Part shown: positions 44,904 to 60,073 of the stretch, piece after piece
Layout of the letters: each line of letters starts with the position of its first letter
How positions within the stretch are numbered: the first letter of the stretch is position 1
Origin: Chrysomallon squamiferum
Lineage: Eukaryota > Animalia > Mollusca
Direction: 5' to 3'
Assembly (NCBI GenBank): GCA_012295275.1
Contig: CM022675.1
Span: 17,236,001-17,300,000, forward strand
DNA length: 64,000 nucleotides
Translations under genes and position numbers: made by a program
The notes under the pieces: generated by a model
Database searches by the model: none
What the model saw: the letters and a program-made list of their open reading frames with translations, nothing else
Told to the model about the DNA's origin: nothing

Positions 44904-46871
44904 TTTATAATGAATTAAGAGACAGATCGAGAAGCAGAAAGGTAGCGAGTAAACTATGAACTGATCGATGTATGAACAGAAGGATGAACGGTTGAATGGA
45001 CGGACAGACAATCCAAGCAAGAGAGAAGACAGACAAACAGATAAAAATAAATATATATTTAAAACAACACAACTACAAAGTAAAATATCGATTTGTCGTC
45101 GCTGGTTGGTTAACGGCAGCGGGATTTGTAAGCTGCAACGTAATTGGCTTAATTAGATTATTTATAACAAATAGCTTTCGTACAAACCATTAAACACAGT
45201 TGGATGATCAAGTGTTCGTTTCATTTGTTTCAGCAAGTACTCCTCCTTTAAGCCGATTAGTCGCTTTCACTTGAACATTCAGCGTTAAATACTAATTAAC
45301 AATAACATAACTGGAAAGGTGCAAGTAAATCGATATTAACAAATCAATTTGAACTAGAAGATAACAAGACCCCTCTTGATTTTACAGTTTTGTTAGTGTT
45401 AATGGTTACGTAAAACGGTATTCAAAGTATTACATGATCAGTTTTTACCAATGCTGTAACATGAAACTAAAATTTTCCAAAGGGGAATTAATCACAGAAC
45501 TTAGAAAAGTATCTTATGCTGCTCATCCACAGAATGTTATTTATTATGAGAAAATAGATCTTGACAAAACTGAAGATGAATATCATTATATACTAAATTA
45601 AGAATCTGGTATTATTAAATGCAAGAAAATTTATACCTAATTATTTAAAAAAAAATATGTCTGTCAGTTATAACTAAATGTGAAATAGTATGTCCTCCAA
45701 ATTAAATTTCAATGATTTTAATTTTGTTAATGTAATACATTATTCTCTATACTGTAATCCTACAGTTATGAGAATATATTTACTGACATCGTCACTAACT
45801 AACTGTCCTTATCCCGAGGTGTCTTCATCTATTTGTGGTATTCCAAGATTCACATGCTTGAGCCTTAAGAAATATAATTGCTTTAATAAAATAGACAAAG
45901 GACTCGGTGTCAAACTATTTAGTTTGGCTATATCATTTATTTTTGTGATGGTAATTGTATGTTAATATGAGATAAAAGCAGATTTATGGTTATTTTACAA
46001 ATTGGTAATTATACAGTTACTCACCTGAAAACTTTTATATTCATATAAATCATAACTTCTCTTTTGTTCACAGTCCAATATTTTGTAATGTAAAAAAAGA
46101 AATAAAGGTTAGTTAGAACAAAATGAAAACAAAAAAAAAACTAATTCTGTTCAAAATTTGGTCTGTACCATCGCAAATAATAATTTGTAGAGAATAATAA
46201 TATCAGTAATAAAAAAGCTGTAGTTGTTGTTGTACTAGTGATACTAATAGTAGCAGTAGTGGCGGTGGTATTAATAGTAATTGTAGTGATGATGGTAGTA
46301 ATGGTAGTTGTAATGGTGGTACCAGCAGTAATAGTAGTAGTAGTAGTAAAAACTGTAGTAGTAATAGTAGTAGCAGAAGTAGTAGTAATAAGAGTAATAG
46401 TAATTGTAATATTTAAGTATTATCTATTTTATATATTTTTTAATTAATGTGTATTATATATTTGCAAATGAAACGAAATCAATGAAATCGAATCAAAAGA
46501 ATTCTATCAAATGCAGTGGTGCAATGCAGTACATAAATAAATATATAAATGAATGAATGGATGAATAAAATAAAATAAAATAAAATAAATAAATAAATAA
46601 ATAAGCTTACCTGAGTCTTATATTTGTAGATATTGAAAAATAATAAATTGAAACACAATCAATAGGAAGGAGGATGGCTGACTATGTCATGCATGTTAAA
46701 TAAGATTGAGTTAATTAAAAAAATACAAATCATTGGTCGCTTTCATAAGCTGATTATTGCACGAACAGCTGTATCAATGGAACGTTTTGCTTTGCATTTC
46801 CTTAGATTGGCTCTTAAAATATTGTGGAGTTCTCAGTTGATCAACAACCCTGCAAGATCTCACTGACCAAG

Positions 46872-46916
46872 ATGACCGTATCCCCTAAATTAAGTAAACA
46901 AACAGGTAAGTGTGCA

Positions 46917-46954
<38 letters not shown>

Positions 46955-49900
46955 TGCATATAAATGTTTCAGATTCCGTACGGACATGTTATTTTTTATT
47001 CCTTTTACGAGATTACTCTCCAAAAATGTAAATAATTTATAATTTACAGTGTAAAATATAAAAAGCGTTGGCAGTTCTCAATACAGGTTCTTAATTTAAC
47101 TTAGTAAAATACCATCAACTTATTTAATTTCAAAAGTATTTTTGGAATAAATCAGGCCCCTGAATATTAAAATATTAAAAATTTGTATTCTTTTAATTTA
47201 TGAAAACGATTTACATAACCGCTACATAAAGGAGCAGGAAAAAGAAAGATAGAAAAATATAACATAGATATAAATAATTATACATAGAAGAAATAAAAAA
47301 AATTAAAAATAAAAATAAAAAAACACAAAAAATTCACCAAGTACAAAGAAAACCATGAAACAAAATATGTAAAAATAGATAATTTTAACGAATTCCATCG
47401 GTCTTTAACTGAAGTATAAAGAAGAAAAAACGAAAACATAAACTGAACAATTTGTTGTTAGCATGTTCTAATTATCAGTCTGTAGAAGAAAACATATCTT
47501 AAAATTATCGTTTAGGACTAATATTGTAGATTATTATTATTATTAATTCATTCATTCATTCATTCATTTATTTATTTTTTAATTTTAATTTTTTAATTTT
47601 TATTTATTTATTTTTTGTTTATTGTTTTTTTTTTTTCTTTTCTTTTTCTGTTTAAATTAAACTTTTACAAGACCAAACAACAACAAAAAAAAAAAAAAAA
47701 ACCCCAAAACCCAGGGAAATGGACCTAACAAACACACAAACAATCAAAAACCCGCCCAAAGATACAATAAAAAATAAAATAAACAAATAATAAGAAAAAT
47801 GAAAAAAGAAACAACACAAATAAAAAGCTAAAGGAAAAACAAAAACCCTAAACCGCACCCGCCTAACATAAAGGAAGAAAATAATAAAGGAAAAACAAAA
47901 ACAAACAAACAAGAACCAAGAATTTTACGATCAGGATATTGAACAAAAGAAGACAAAACTGCAAAACAATTATTAAATAAAAATTATAAATGATTAAGGA
48001 TAAAATAAAACCGACAAAAAAATTTTGATTAGTAATTAAACTTAGTTCTACTTATGAGATATATTCACTACTCTAATAATTCTCTTCGATCACTTTCCTT
48101 AAATTCTAGAACGACTCCTAGAATATATTTGTCATAAATAAACCTTTTGGAAATAACTTGTTTTATGCATTTTTCAAATACTATAGTTATCCGGATGTTT
48201 TATTTTTTCTTTCTTTGTTTCTTTTTTTTATGTTTTCTTTTTATTGCTTTAACCATTTTGAAATACCATTTATACCTGAAACATTTAATAAATGTTGTAC
48301 AGGTATTACGAAACAACAAGAAAATGTTGATTTGTTGTTCTGTGTTACAGTCGTAGTATGGATGTATTCAGTGCTGCTCTTCCTGCCGTCTTTGACAGCG
48401 TACACGTTCACAATAGCTTTGATGGCGCCGTTCACGGGTTCTCGTCGTATGAACGAGATGGAGATACAGGCTGCCATCAACATAACACTGGAAAAAGTTT
48501 TAAGAAACAATTCTTTTTCAGGTAATTAAACACTGTATATGTCACAGTTTACTGGTTTCGTCGTTAAAATGTCTTAATTCTTTACAAAATAATAATTAAA
48601 TAAATAAAAATTGTTCATTCGTTTTGTTAGAGTTTGTTTTTGGTTCATAAAGATAAAAGTAAGTAAGATAAGTAAGTAAAAAAAAAAAGAAAAAAAAAAG
48701 AAGAATTAATAAAAGGAACGAAATTAAATAAGTAAAGAACAGAAAAACCCACAGTTTTGATTCCTTTTATGCTCGGACAATTACATATCACAATTGCATA
48801 CCTTTAAAAATATAATTTTTGTGTTTGGTGTCGTTACTCATTTATTAATTCTTTATTTTATTTACAGGTACATTTTATAACTTCTTTATAATTAACTATT
48901 TACTTTTTATTTTATTTATTTATAAACTCATTTATTTATATAATTATGATTTAACATATAATTTTATAATATGTTACATAAGAACATATTTATCGATAAT
49001 CATCGATGTCACCTAATCATCAAACATAATTTTGCAGACTTAATAAAATAGATACGTTTTGTTTTTTATTGTTTAGGTTTAGCTGACGGGAACCATACAA
49101 TTAATTTCCTGATTAACGACACAGAATGTGATCGAGGTGCTGGAATTTATAAATATGTTGAAATGGTCACGCACAAACTTCAAACAACTTCACAGAATAT
49201 ACACGCTGTCATAGGTAATAGAAAAAGGCCAATTCGCACACATACAATTATGCACGAAAAAATATATATACATATACAAACACACATCACACACACATAC
49301 ATTATAGACACACAGAGACACACACATTCGATATACATAACCAAGCTTATATACACGTACATTAAACATACAGATCTAAAGCATTTTTGTAGAACTTGCA
49401 TTCATTAGAAAGACAGTAAATAAGAAAGAATAAACATAGTCTGATGTATAACATGAATATTATTTTTTTAATCTTTATTTTTATTTACTTCAGGACCTTC
49501 CTGTGACAATGTGTGTGAGTCAATTGGGTTACTGGCAGGTCGCTGGCAAATGCCTGTTATTAGTTTCGGCTGTTTTAGCGATGACCTCTCTAATCGTGAC
49601 GAGTATCCTACACTTCTCAGAATGACTGGCAGTTTCAAAGAAGTTGGAGTATTTTTGAGAAGCGTGATGATGTACTTCCAGTGGAAAAGAATTACTCTGG
49701 TTGTAGGACGAGAGTCCGCCTGGCTGAGAGCGGCTGAAGATATTCTTGTATGACTAAAATCTGTTTATGCGTTATTTATTTTCTTATAAAAAAATAAATT
49801 ATTTTAAATTAAATAAGTCACGACAACATGGCTTCACTTACCGCGTTTATTTCAATGATAACTTCTTTGGTTATTGGAATTTCATTTCTTGTCACAGACT

Positions 49901-50578
49901 TGAGCACAATAACGTTGTTCGTTCAGACAATTTGGCGTTGGCGATGTTTTTGTCGCTAGATCCTTATGATCCCAGTTGTTTAAGATCAGGAGTAATAGAA
50001 GTAATATATTTGCATAATAACTTGTTGTTAAATAAATTAATGAATGAAAAGATACTAACATGAGATAATAGTATAAACGGACTGTTTAGATTATCATTTC
50101 AAACAGTGGTAAAAATGATTGTATGGCTTATAGTTTCATATCCAGGACGCGTTTTGTTAAAAATGCTAATTTTAACGACTTTAATGATTGCTTGGAAAAT
50201 ATCTTTCTTTTTTTTTTTTTTTTTTTACACCTTTGATATCTAAGTTTAAAATATCATTTTATATCGGTTATAATGAATGTTTAGAACATCTTTTTGTATA
50301 TATATATATATATAAAACAATGACAATACTATATACTCTATTTCGTGATATTTTTTGGTCAGTTGTGTATCTATTACACAGAATACCATATGAGATAGAA
50401 TGTATGAAATAATCAAAAGTTATTTTTCAGTCAGGTTTCAGGGATGAAGGCTTCACACCCAGAAAATTTCAGCTAAGCGAATTAAGCAACATAACAGCCG
50501 CACTGCATAAAGAATCTCAGGAATCCAGAGGTAGCGAATAAATAAATAAATAAATTAATCAATGAATGAATAAATGAA

Positions 50579-50613
<35 letters not shown>

Positions 50614-50766
50614 ACAAACAAACAAACAAATAAATAAATAGATAACAAAAATTTATTTTAAACAATTAATTACAAACTACCATTAGTGAGAAAAAGTAAC
50701 AAAAGAGACAAAGAGGAAAAGAGGGAGGGATTATAAAATATAGAGAGAAACTGTAAAGAACAAAAG

Positions 50767-50865
<99 letters not shown>

Positions 50866-53800
50866 AATCTAAAGACGAATAGAGGGGGAAAGAGTGGAAA
50901 TAAGCGGACACATGGACAGAGACAACGACACAGAGCCAGACAAATTCAAACAGAGAAACAATATCCATCGTAATTCGTATAAAATATAAATGCTTGTGTT
51001 ATATGCCTATGTTACAAACGTACACAGTTTAAAACGTATTTTCAGTTTTCGTATTATGTTACTATAGTATACAGACAGACATACATGGTTTATAACGTAT
51101 TTTCAGTGTTCGTGCTATGTGCCTATGACAGAGACGTACACAGTTTATAACGTATTTTCAATTTTCGTGTTGTGTGCCTATGCTATAGTTTATAACGTAT
51201 TTTCAGTGTTCGTGATGTGTGCCTATGGTACAGATATACACAGCTTCATGCTAAGTGCATACAGTCTAGGACTTATGAATGGGATGTACGCCTTCGTATC
51301 CATCGACTACGCAAATATGGCGAAGCGAATAAACGATTCTTACCAGTCAAACATTCCGTTCAGCACAGTATTTAAAGGTAAGAATTTATCGTTATTTATC
51401 AGCTGAACAAATTAATTACAAATGTGTTGTGTAAAATGAAATAATGTCTAAGAAATTATTTATAATGTAGAAGCAGTATGTGTACGTGAATGTATGTGTA
51501 GAGCGCTCCAAAGTTATTGAACATTTAAAGGCATAGTGGACTGAATAATATAAGAATCCAAGATGAAATTGCGAGTGCTGATCAAGAAGTTGTAAAATAT
51601 TCTATAACAGAATTTCAGATATTGTAGAAAACGGGGTCTATGATGAAAAGTATATTTCTAAAGTAGATGAAACCACATGCCCACGTAACTTTTCTAATAA
51701 ACTCGTTGCTTTCAGTCTTTATGTTCCATCTTTTACCACAGGAATGTTAGATATTACTGTAGATGTTCATCCAGAAAAAGCAGAATACAGAGATTTTGTT
51801 AAACGAGTGGAAGCTTTCAAAGGGACGCCAACCAATTTACCAAGCTATGAGGTAATTTCGATATTATATACACTGTATTATATGTGTTTTATATATAATA
51901 AACGTATAATATTATTATAATCTATCAGAAAATTGTTTTGAGAAGGCTAATTTATTGTTTATATATGTGTGTTTGGATGTCTGTCTCGTATGTATGTATA
52001 TTTGTATGTATGTATGTATGTATATCTCTATTTATGTATATTTGTATGTATGTATGTATCTATGTATGTATGCATCTATGTATGTATGCATCTATGTATG
52101 TATGTATGTATGTGTGTATATGTGTATTTGTATGTATGTGTGCATGTATGTATGTGTGTATGTATGAAAATATATACATGCCTACACTTACTAAAACAGA
52201 ACACAGTTTGTAAAAAGCCAGATGTCTTAGTGACAGAAATAGTGTTTTTCTGTTACAGAATGGCATCCAGGTGGCACTAGTTGCTGATGCCGTGTACCTC
52301 TACGTTATTGCTCTAAATAACTGTGTACTTAAAGGTGGTTTATGTCCTAAAGGAAGCGACATCTCTGATTATTTGTATGGGATGGAGAAAGAAGGTAACT
52401 TTACTATACAGAGCAAACATTAATATATTAAATCAGTCTACAGCTAACTGTGATCAAACTAATACGTCATCTGTCTCTATAGCTACACTGAAGTAATAGT
52501 AACAGAAACTTGTTCTTGATGGTCCATTGGATATTTATTTATTTATTTATTTAATTTTTTGTTTGTTTGTTAGATTAAATGTTTCTATTTGCTATTTATC
52601 ATGTGTTAATTATTTTGTTTTAATACTCAGTATTATTTAATGTTATTTGACCAATTACAATGTTATTTAAATGAAGATTAATCTGTATTTAAGGAATTGC
52701 AGGAAATCTGGTAGTTAATAGGGATGGTACACGTCACATTGCTTACATGCTGCACAACGTCAGGGGAGATAAGTACAGTCCAGTAGCTAGAAGTCAACCC
52801 GGGTAGGTATTTCCTTTTTAATGTTTTTTTGTATGTATGAATACATATATGTTTGCATATGTGTATACGTGTGCGTGTATGCATGTGTGTACTAAAACAA
52901 TGCAAATGGTTACTAAAACTAAAATAAAATAAATAATTAAACTATTTCAATAATACTTGTATATATTCTTATAAATTGTTTTTGTTAATTCTTCAAGTGG
53001 TATAGGATTCCTGCTCATAGGAAATAGTGCTGACATAATATGGCCTGGCGGAGGTACAGAGATTCCAAAATCAGAGCCGCAGTGTGGCTGGGATGGTGAA
53101 CTTTGTTTAAAGCAGGGTGAGTGTTAGTTTATAATATCATCATCATCTTCATCATCATCAACAACATTATCATCATTCCTGTTCTAATTGTCATTGTCGT
53201 TAACATCATATTTGTCATGTTCTCATTAATGTCAATATGATCACAAGAACAGCCATCGTAGTCATCATCACCATCGCCATTGTCGACGGTGTCTTTTGCT
53301 GCACAGTATTCCTGTTATCATTTAATTATAATTTACAGTAAGGATTACACCTTATTTTCTAAATATGAAATTATGGCAACTGTTTTTAAAATGTCTAAAA
53401 CAGCACATTACTTTTGAACTAAAGATACATTAGGTCAGTGTAGTTACATACTCTGTATGTTTAATATTTCAGATATACTCCTAATTGTTGGTAGTGTCAT
53501 TGGTGCCACTGTCGCCGCTGGCCTTCTTGCAGCAGCTGGATTCGTGTTCTGGAAGTGAGTGATTCAAACAAATTTTTACTTGAATTCTAAGTACTTCATA
53601 AGAAAATATATATTATCCGAAATACTTAGGATCTGATGTTTAGGAAATGTGTTGGATTTTGGAATAAAAGCATATAACCAGAGAAGAGAATTTAATTCTA
53701 AACCCAAATTCCATTTATATTTCGTATATAAATATAAAATTAGATGCTAAAAATGCGTTGATATTTTTTTCATCATGAAGTAAGGTTTGTATATGCTAAA

Positions 53801-56800
53801 CCGTCCAAAAACTGTAATATACCATCATTGGATTTCAGAACGTTTTAATTTCGGAATTTCGGATAAGGTATCCTCAACCTGTACTAGTACAACTGGTAGC
53901 AGCAGCAGTAGTAGTAATAGTAGTAGTAATAGTAGCAGTAGTAGTAGTAGTAATTGTTTTATGTTACATTGCTGCATCTACACAAATTCGATACTTAAAA
54001 ATTACAGAAAGAAGCTGATAAAAGTGAAACTGGAGAGAGAGGATTGGCGGATAAACAAAGAAGAACTTACTGCTATTGCAGTGCAGAAGTCTATGTACAG
54101 TAGCAGGGTAGGAATATTTACTTCCATGATTTTTATACAAACTGGAAACTGTAAGAAAAAACCCACACAAAAAACAACAACAATAACAAACAAACAAACA
54201 AAAAAGTAAAGAATCGTAATATAACGATACAAAACATCCTACACAATATAACAAAATAACTTAACATTAAATAGCACAATACAGCATATCATTACATTGT
54301 ATTGTATGTTATCGTATTACAACAGACTACTGCTAGCTTCAGTAACTCTGATTCTACGGCTTGCTCAAGGATGGATATGACGGGCGGCTCGCTTCACTCT
54401 GATAACAAACAGGTGATAAACACGAATCTGTCTGAGAACTGTACGCTGGCTATGTACGACAGTCAGAAAGTTGTCATGAAGGCTGTGGCAAGATACGACA
54501 TTCCAGTAACTAAGGAAGTGATTGTTGAAATCAATGCAGTAAGTGTCTAAAATTATCTCAGGTTATATAGTTATTTTACATTTTTTTTTTTTTTTTTTTT
54601 TTTTTAGATTTATATATAAATACGATATAATAAGTAAAGTATTATAAATTTCATTGTTCTTTTCCATAAATGTTTCTCCTTTTGCTTCTGCTGCAGCTGC
54701 ACAACAGCTATTACTATTACAACTACTACAACTACCTAGTATTAGTAGTACGGACACCATAGTTTCTGCTGCTACGGAAACAGCAACAACTATTTATATA
54801 ATATTATTATCTTTTTCTTTGAAATTATTCTATATCTTTTGTCAAAACTAAACAAAATGAGGCACTGTCAAAATAAATACAAATTCTAAAAACAAAACAA
54901 AAAACAAAACAAAAATAACAACAATTCCAAAAACCTGCTATTGCTATCCTTAAAACTAAAACTGTTATCGCGGTTGATATAAGAGCATTAAAACAAATAA
55001 TTAACATATAAACTAAAACTAAAATAATTACTTAAATCATTGGTTTATTATATAAAGGTTCATTTATAAATTAATGATAAATTTGTAATATTAAATGAGC
55101 ATATGTAAAAATTAAAAAACCCCATTGAAATCTGTGAATATGAAGACAACACGTTACATCTATAAGCATCTTTTAAAATAATTTAAATTTTTCTTTCTTT
55201 TTCATTTAGATTCGAGTTCTTCTTCACCCCAACGTGAACACGCTGATTGGTGCTTACATAGAACCAGGAAGTAACGGTCTTGTCTGGCATTACTGTCCTA
55301 GAGGAAGTCTTCATGATGTTTTGTTAGACGAGGATATCAAACTAGACTGGGTTTTCAACATCTCATTTGCAACTGAAATTGCTAAGGTAATCATTTCAAA
55401 CTTGGGATTGTTTTTAAGCAAAACTGTATAGTGCATTCAATGTCAAGAATAGTGGTAAACTGGTATGGAATATAGCAGCTAATTTACTCAGTCTTTCGTG
55501 ATATCCTTTTTCATGTTTGTCAGTAATCAGTATCTATCTTTTTATTAGTTATTTCGAATTTTCTGTAACAGATGTCCTTATAAGAACATAACAAAAGATA
55601 GGAAACATCAGTGAATCACAGACATTTTATTATATCATTATTAGCAAATATTGATCTCCATGGATATTTAAAACAATGATTTGGGTCTATACAATTGTTT
55701 TTTATCTGTTCATTATATAACATTTAACTTCTTCCAGAACAGTTCGAAACAAAATATATATAAATTATATTTTATTTATTTAAACCATTAGCCAGTAACA
55801 AACAGTAATGCATCTAAATAATAGAATAATTTGTTTGATTTCGCAAGGCTCTGAACTACATCCACAGCTCGCTAGTACTGACACACGGACGCTTGAAATC
55901 TTCCAACGTTTTAGTTGACAGTCACTGGGACTGTAAAATCACAGATATGGCCATGCCGTACTTCAGACAGGGTGAAAAAGAACCGGAGGAGTCACATTCC
56001 AAGTATTACCGTAAGTCGAGTGATATAGATAAATTACTTATATCATGTAGTTTCACAGATAAATAAAGAAATATATACTTGCTGTAGGGGTTAGAAAATT
56101 TTTAAGGAGTTCTGAGCTAGTGACTATTTAGTAAAGACCATTATATAAGTCTTTCAGTGGATAACGCGGTACATTTCATGATAGGAATATTTGTCCATTT
56201 CAGATTTCAACTTGTGAGAAAATAAATATGGACAAATGGGTTAATTATGCATTTAAGAAAAAGTTAATTCGTTAACTGAATCATTAATATAAATTAAATT
56301 TAATTTTTCAGAGTATCTGTGGACAGCTCCCGAACTTCTACGCAACCAAGCCTTGATTAAAAAAGGAACACAGAAAGGAGACGTCTATGCTTTTGCTATC
56401 GTTCTACAAGAGATTTTGATGAGATCCTTGCCTTTTGGAAGTGTGCTGAAAGAACGTGGTGATGACAGGAAAATGGAACGTATGTAATTATAAATACACA
56501 GATACGTTAATAAATTTGTCATGCAGTCAATAAACTGAATAGCATGTAGAAGACGTATACTTATTAATTTCAGTTATTTGTTTTCATTAAGGAATTCTTG
56601 ATAGGGTGAAGAATGTCGAAATTCCGCCATACAGACCGCATGTGCAGCACACCAGCAAGGAGGAGGGACTGCTGGCTGACGTGATGAGAATGTGCTGGGA
56701 CGAAGTGCCAACCAGCAGACCTTCTTTTGAAAGTATTCTCCATCTGTTGTCAAAACTGAACAAAGGGAGGTAAGCTGGAATAAAGTTTAACGTTATAATA

Positions 56801-56906
56801 GTATATTTAAGCTTACTGCTGATGACGATGATGGTGAGAAAATGGATGATGATCTGGAGGATTATAAATAATAAAGTTTACAGATTAAAGCAATCATTTT
56901 CAGTTA

Positions 56907-56955
<49 letters not shown>

Positions 56956-56992
56956 TATTGTTCAAAAACAATTTCATTTTTTTTTTTTTTTT

Positions 56993-57023
<31 letters not shown>

Positions 57024-57688
57024 TTTTTTCAATTCAGTTGGGAATTATATATTGTCAGTTTTTAAAAGTATATATCTTTCAAGACCTGAACCTATTAATA
57101 CATTTCGGTTCATTTAAAAACTATAAAAAATACTTGCGGTAGATTTAAAGTTATCTCTAATTAAAGATCCCTGTTTATCTTCTGTTAATTTTATCAACAG
57201 AAAAATCAACATTGTGGATCAGATGATACACCGAATGACAAAATACTCAGAACATCTAGAAAACATGATACAGGAAAGAACGCTGATGTTGATAGAAGAG
57301 AAGAAGAAAACAGATCAGATTCTGTCTAAGATGCTTCCAAAGTAATTATATATATCTTCATCATACAGAATGGTATATTTTCCAAAGAGGCATCAGAGCG
57401 GAAGATTTGGTATAATGGGTTATTTTATTAGCCACTTTCTGCTAATCCTCTTAAACATGACACCTGTTTTCTGATTATGGGAAAACAAATATGTATCTTT
57501 ATTGAAAAAATAACCACGAACGGCCATTTATTTCTTTTATCAAAGGCTACCATTATGGAAAAGGCAAATAATCATGCAAATTGTAGTAGCTCTTCATACT
57601 AATTTTCATACTGTTGCTTCTGCCGCTATTTTTATCTCTTTTTCTACTACAACAACAACAAACAACATAAGCACCACTATCACAACAC

Positions 57689-57752
<64 letters not shown>

Positions 57753-58084
57753 ACAGATCAGTGATTGAAGATTTGAAACTAGGAAAGACAATAGAACCGG
57801 AATCGTTTCCTTCAGTAACTGTTTTCTTCTCAGATGTGGTTGGATTCACAGAACTTGCTGCAGAAAGTACACCATATCAGGTAAGATATATGATTGTCAA
57901 AATGTGTAAGTTCACACGTGCGTTATATATAAGTGTATGTATGTATATAATATTTATATGCATGAAAGTTTATATGTATGTTTGTATGTATTTGTATGCA
58001 TGTGTATACATGTGTATGGAGGAAGGTAAGTATAGATGTATGTGTAACAGAAATAATAATAATAATGATGATAATAACAATAAC

Positions 58085-58126
<42 letters not shown>

Positions 58127-60041
58127 GATGATAATGATATTAATAACTTTTGTTTAAGGTGGTGAATTTTCTCAACAGTCTTTACACCATGTTTGACTAC
58201 GTCATCGACCACTTTGATGTCTACAAGGTAAATATAAGATATTACTACATCGACATTTAGTTTTTTAATATGCAAGAGAATTATATTTTAATATAAGTTT
58301 ATTTATTTATTTATTTATTATTTATTATTTTTGTTGTTGTTATTATTATTATTATTATTATTTTTTATTTTTTATTTTTGCTTTCGTCTGTCTTTTCAGC
58401 AGAGATTATCAATGTACTCCCGTATAAACGTTGACAGGAATAATTGTTAAAATGCGTTCATCGAGAAAGGATGTAAAATAAATCTGAATTTGTGTACACC
58501 TATGTTCCGACGTCCATTTCTTTACATTTTAATCATACATTGCCGTTTGATATCGGTTCATATATATATATCAATTTATATTTGACAGGTAGAGACAATA
58601 GGAGATGCTTACATGGTTGTGAGTGGTCTACCAAAGAGAAATGGAATACAACACGCCGGGGAAATCTCTAATATGTCTTTACAGCTGCTTTGCTCAGTGG
58701 ACAAATTTAAAATAGCTCACAGACCAAGTCTTAAACTAAAACTCAGAATTGGAATTCACAGCGGTATTTATTTTTAGAGTAGTTGTAATGTCATTAGAAA
58801 TACTCTAAAACGAGCTTAGCAGTGTATTAAATGTATATACTTTTCATATTTCATTTTTCAAATGAAACTTTTTTTCTGATCCATTGTTCAGTAATAATAT
58901 TTCATTTTAATTTTTACAAACAAAACAAACAATGAAAAAGAACAACAAAATAAACAAATAAATAAATAAATAAATAAATAAAAACAATCAAACCATTAAA
59001 TCTGTTTTTAATATTTCAAAACTATAATTATATGACGTTTAATACAATATTACATATGACATATAAACTCATCACTTAAAGTGTGATTAATGTAGAATGT
59101 AATCTCTCGCTGGTTCCTTTCTTTCTAATGATTAGTTAGAAAAGTCGCCGACAGGTACACATACAAAAGACATTCTTAATCGAGAGGATGTATGAAATCA
59201 CTTTCAGTCATCAGAAAAAACCATGTGCATACTTAAAGAAATATTCATTAACACATTTTCTGTTTTTCAAATTTAAATTAAAGAGAAATGTGACAGAAGC
59301 AAAGCAAAATGTACTTTGATATGTATGTTCTTTTATAGGTCCTGTCGTAGCCGGTGTTGTGGGTCAGACAATGCCGCGGTATTGTTTGTTTGGAGACACT
59401 GTCAACTACGCCTCGAGAATGGAGTCTTCAGGAGTTGGTGAGTTTTGTTTTGTTAATCGAATTATGTACAAACATGGCATTTGTCTGAAAGATTATTATC
59501 ATCATCATCAACATCATCATCATCATCGTCGTCATCACTGTTCTGTTGTTGTTCTTATTGTTGTTGTTGTTGTTGTTGTTATTATTATTATTATTATTAT
59601 TATATTTTACGTTTCACAGTTTTTGGATGTTTTGTTATATTTTCTTATTATATTGGTTTAATGTTGGCTTTATTTTTTGCTCATTCACATGAGACTTGTT
59701 TGTGTCAACGAAATGCATGTTACTTATTCTTAGCTCTAAAGATACATGTGAGTCCAGAGTGTAAGATTCTGCTAGACGAACTTGGAGGTTACCATCTCGT
59801 GGAAAGAGGTGAAGTTACCCTAAAGGTCAGTGTACGGTTTTTACATCCTTGACGAAATTAGAAACTGTTTAAAATAATAATTATGAAGTATTATAGTAAA
59901 TGCCATAGGGGACAAATGTTTATAAATAGTGATACTTTCCAAAACAAATCAAATAAATAAAACATTTATAACTTAAAAATTACCTGAAGTATTAAGAACA
60001 AAACATCTGATTATATATATCTTAGTACTTCAGTTAATGTT

Positions 60042-60073
<32 letters not shown>

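Noticed and set aside
49767-50063. 98-aa plus-strand ORF in rGC-C intron 3
   Set aside because: It is a chance reading through the antisense exon-12 fragment and AT-rich intron, not a gene.
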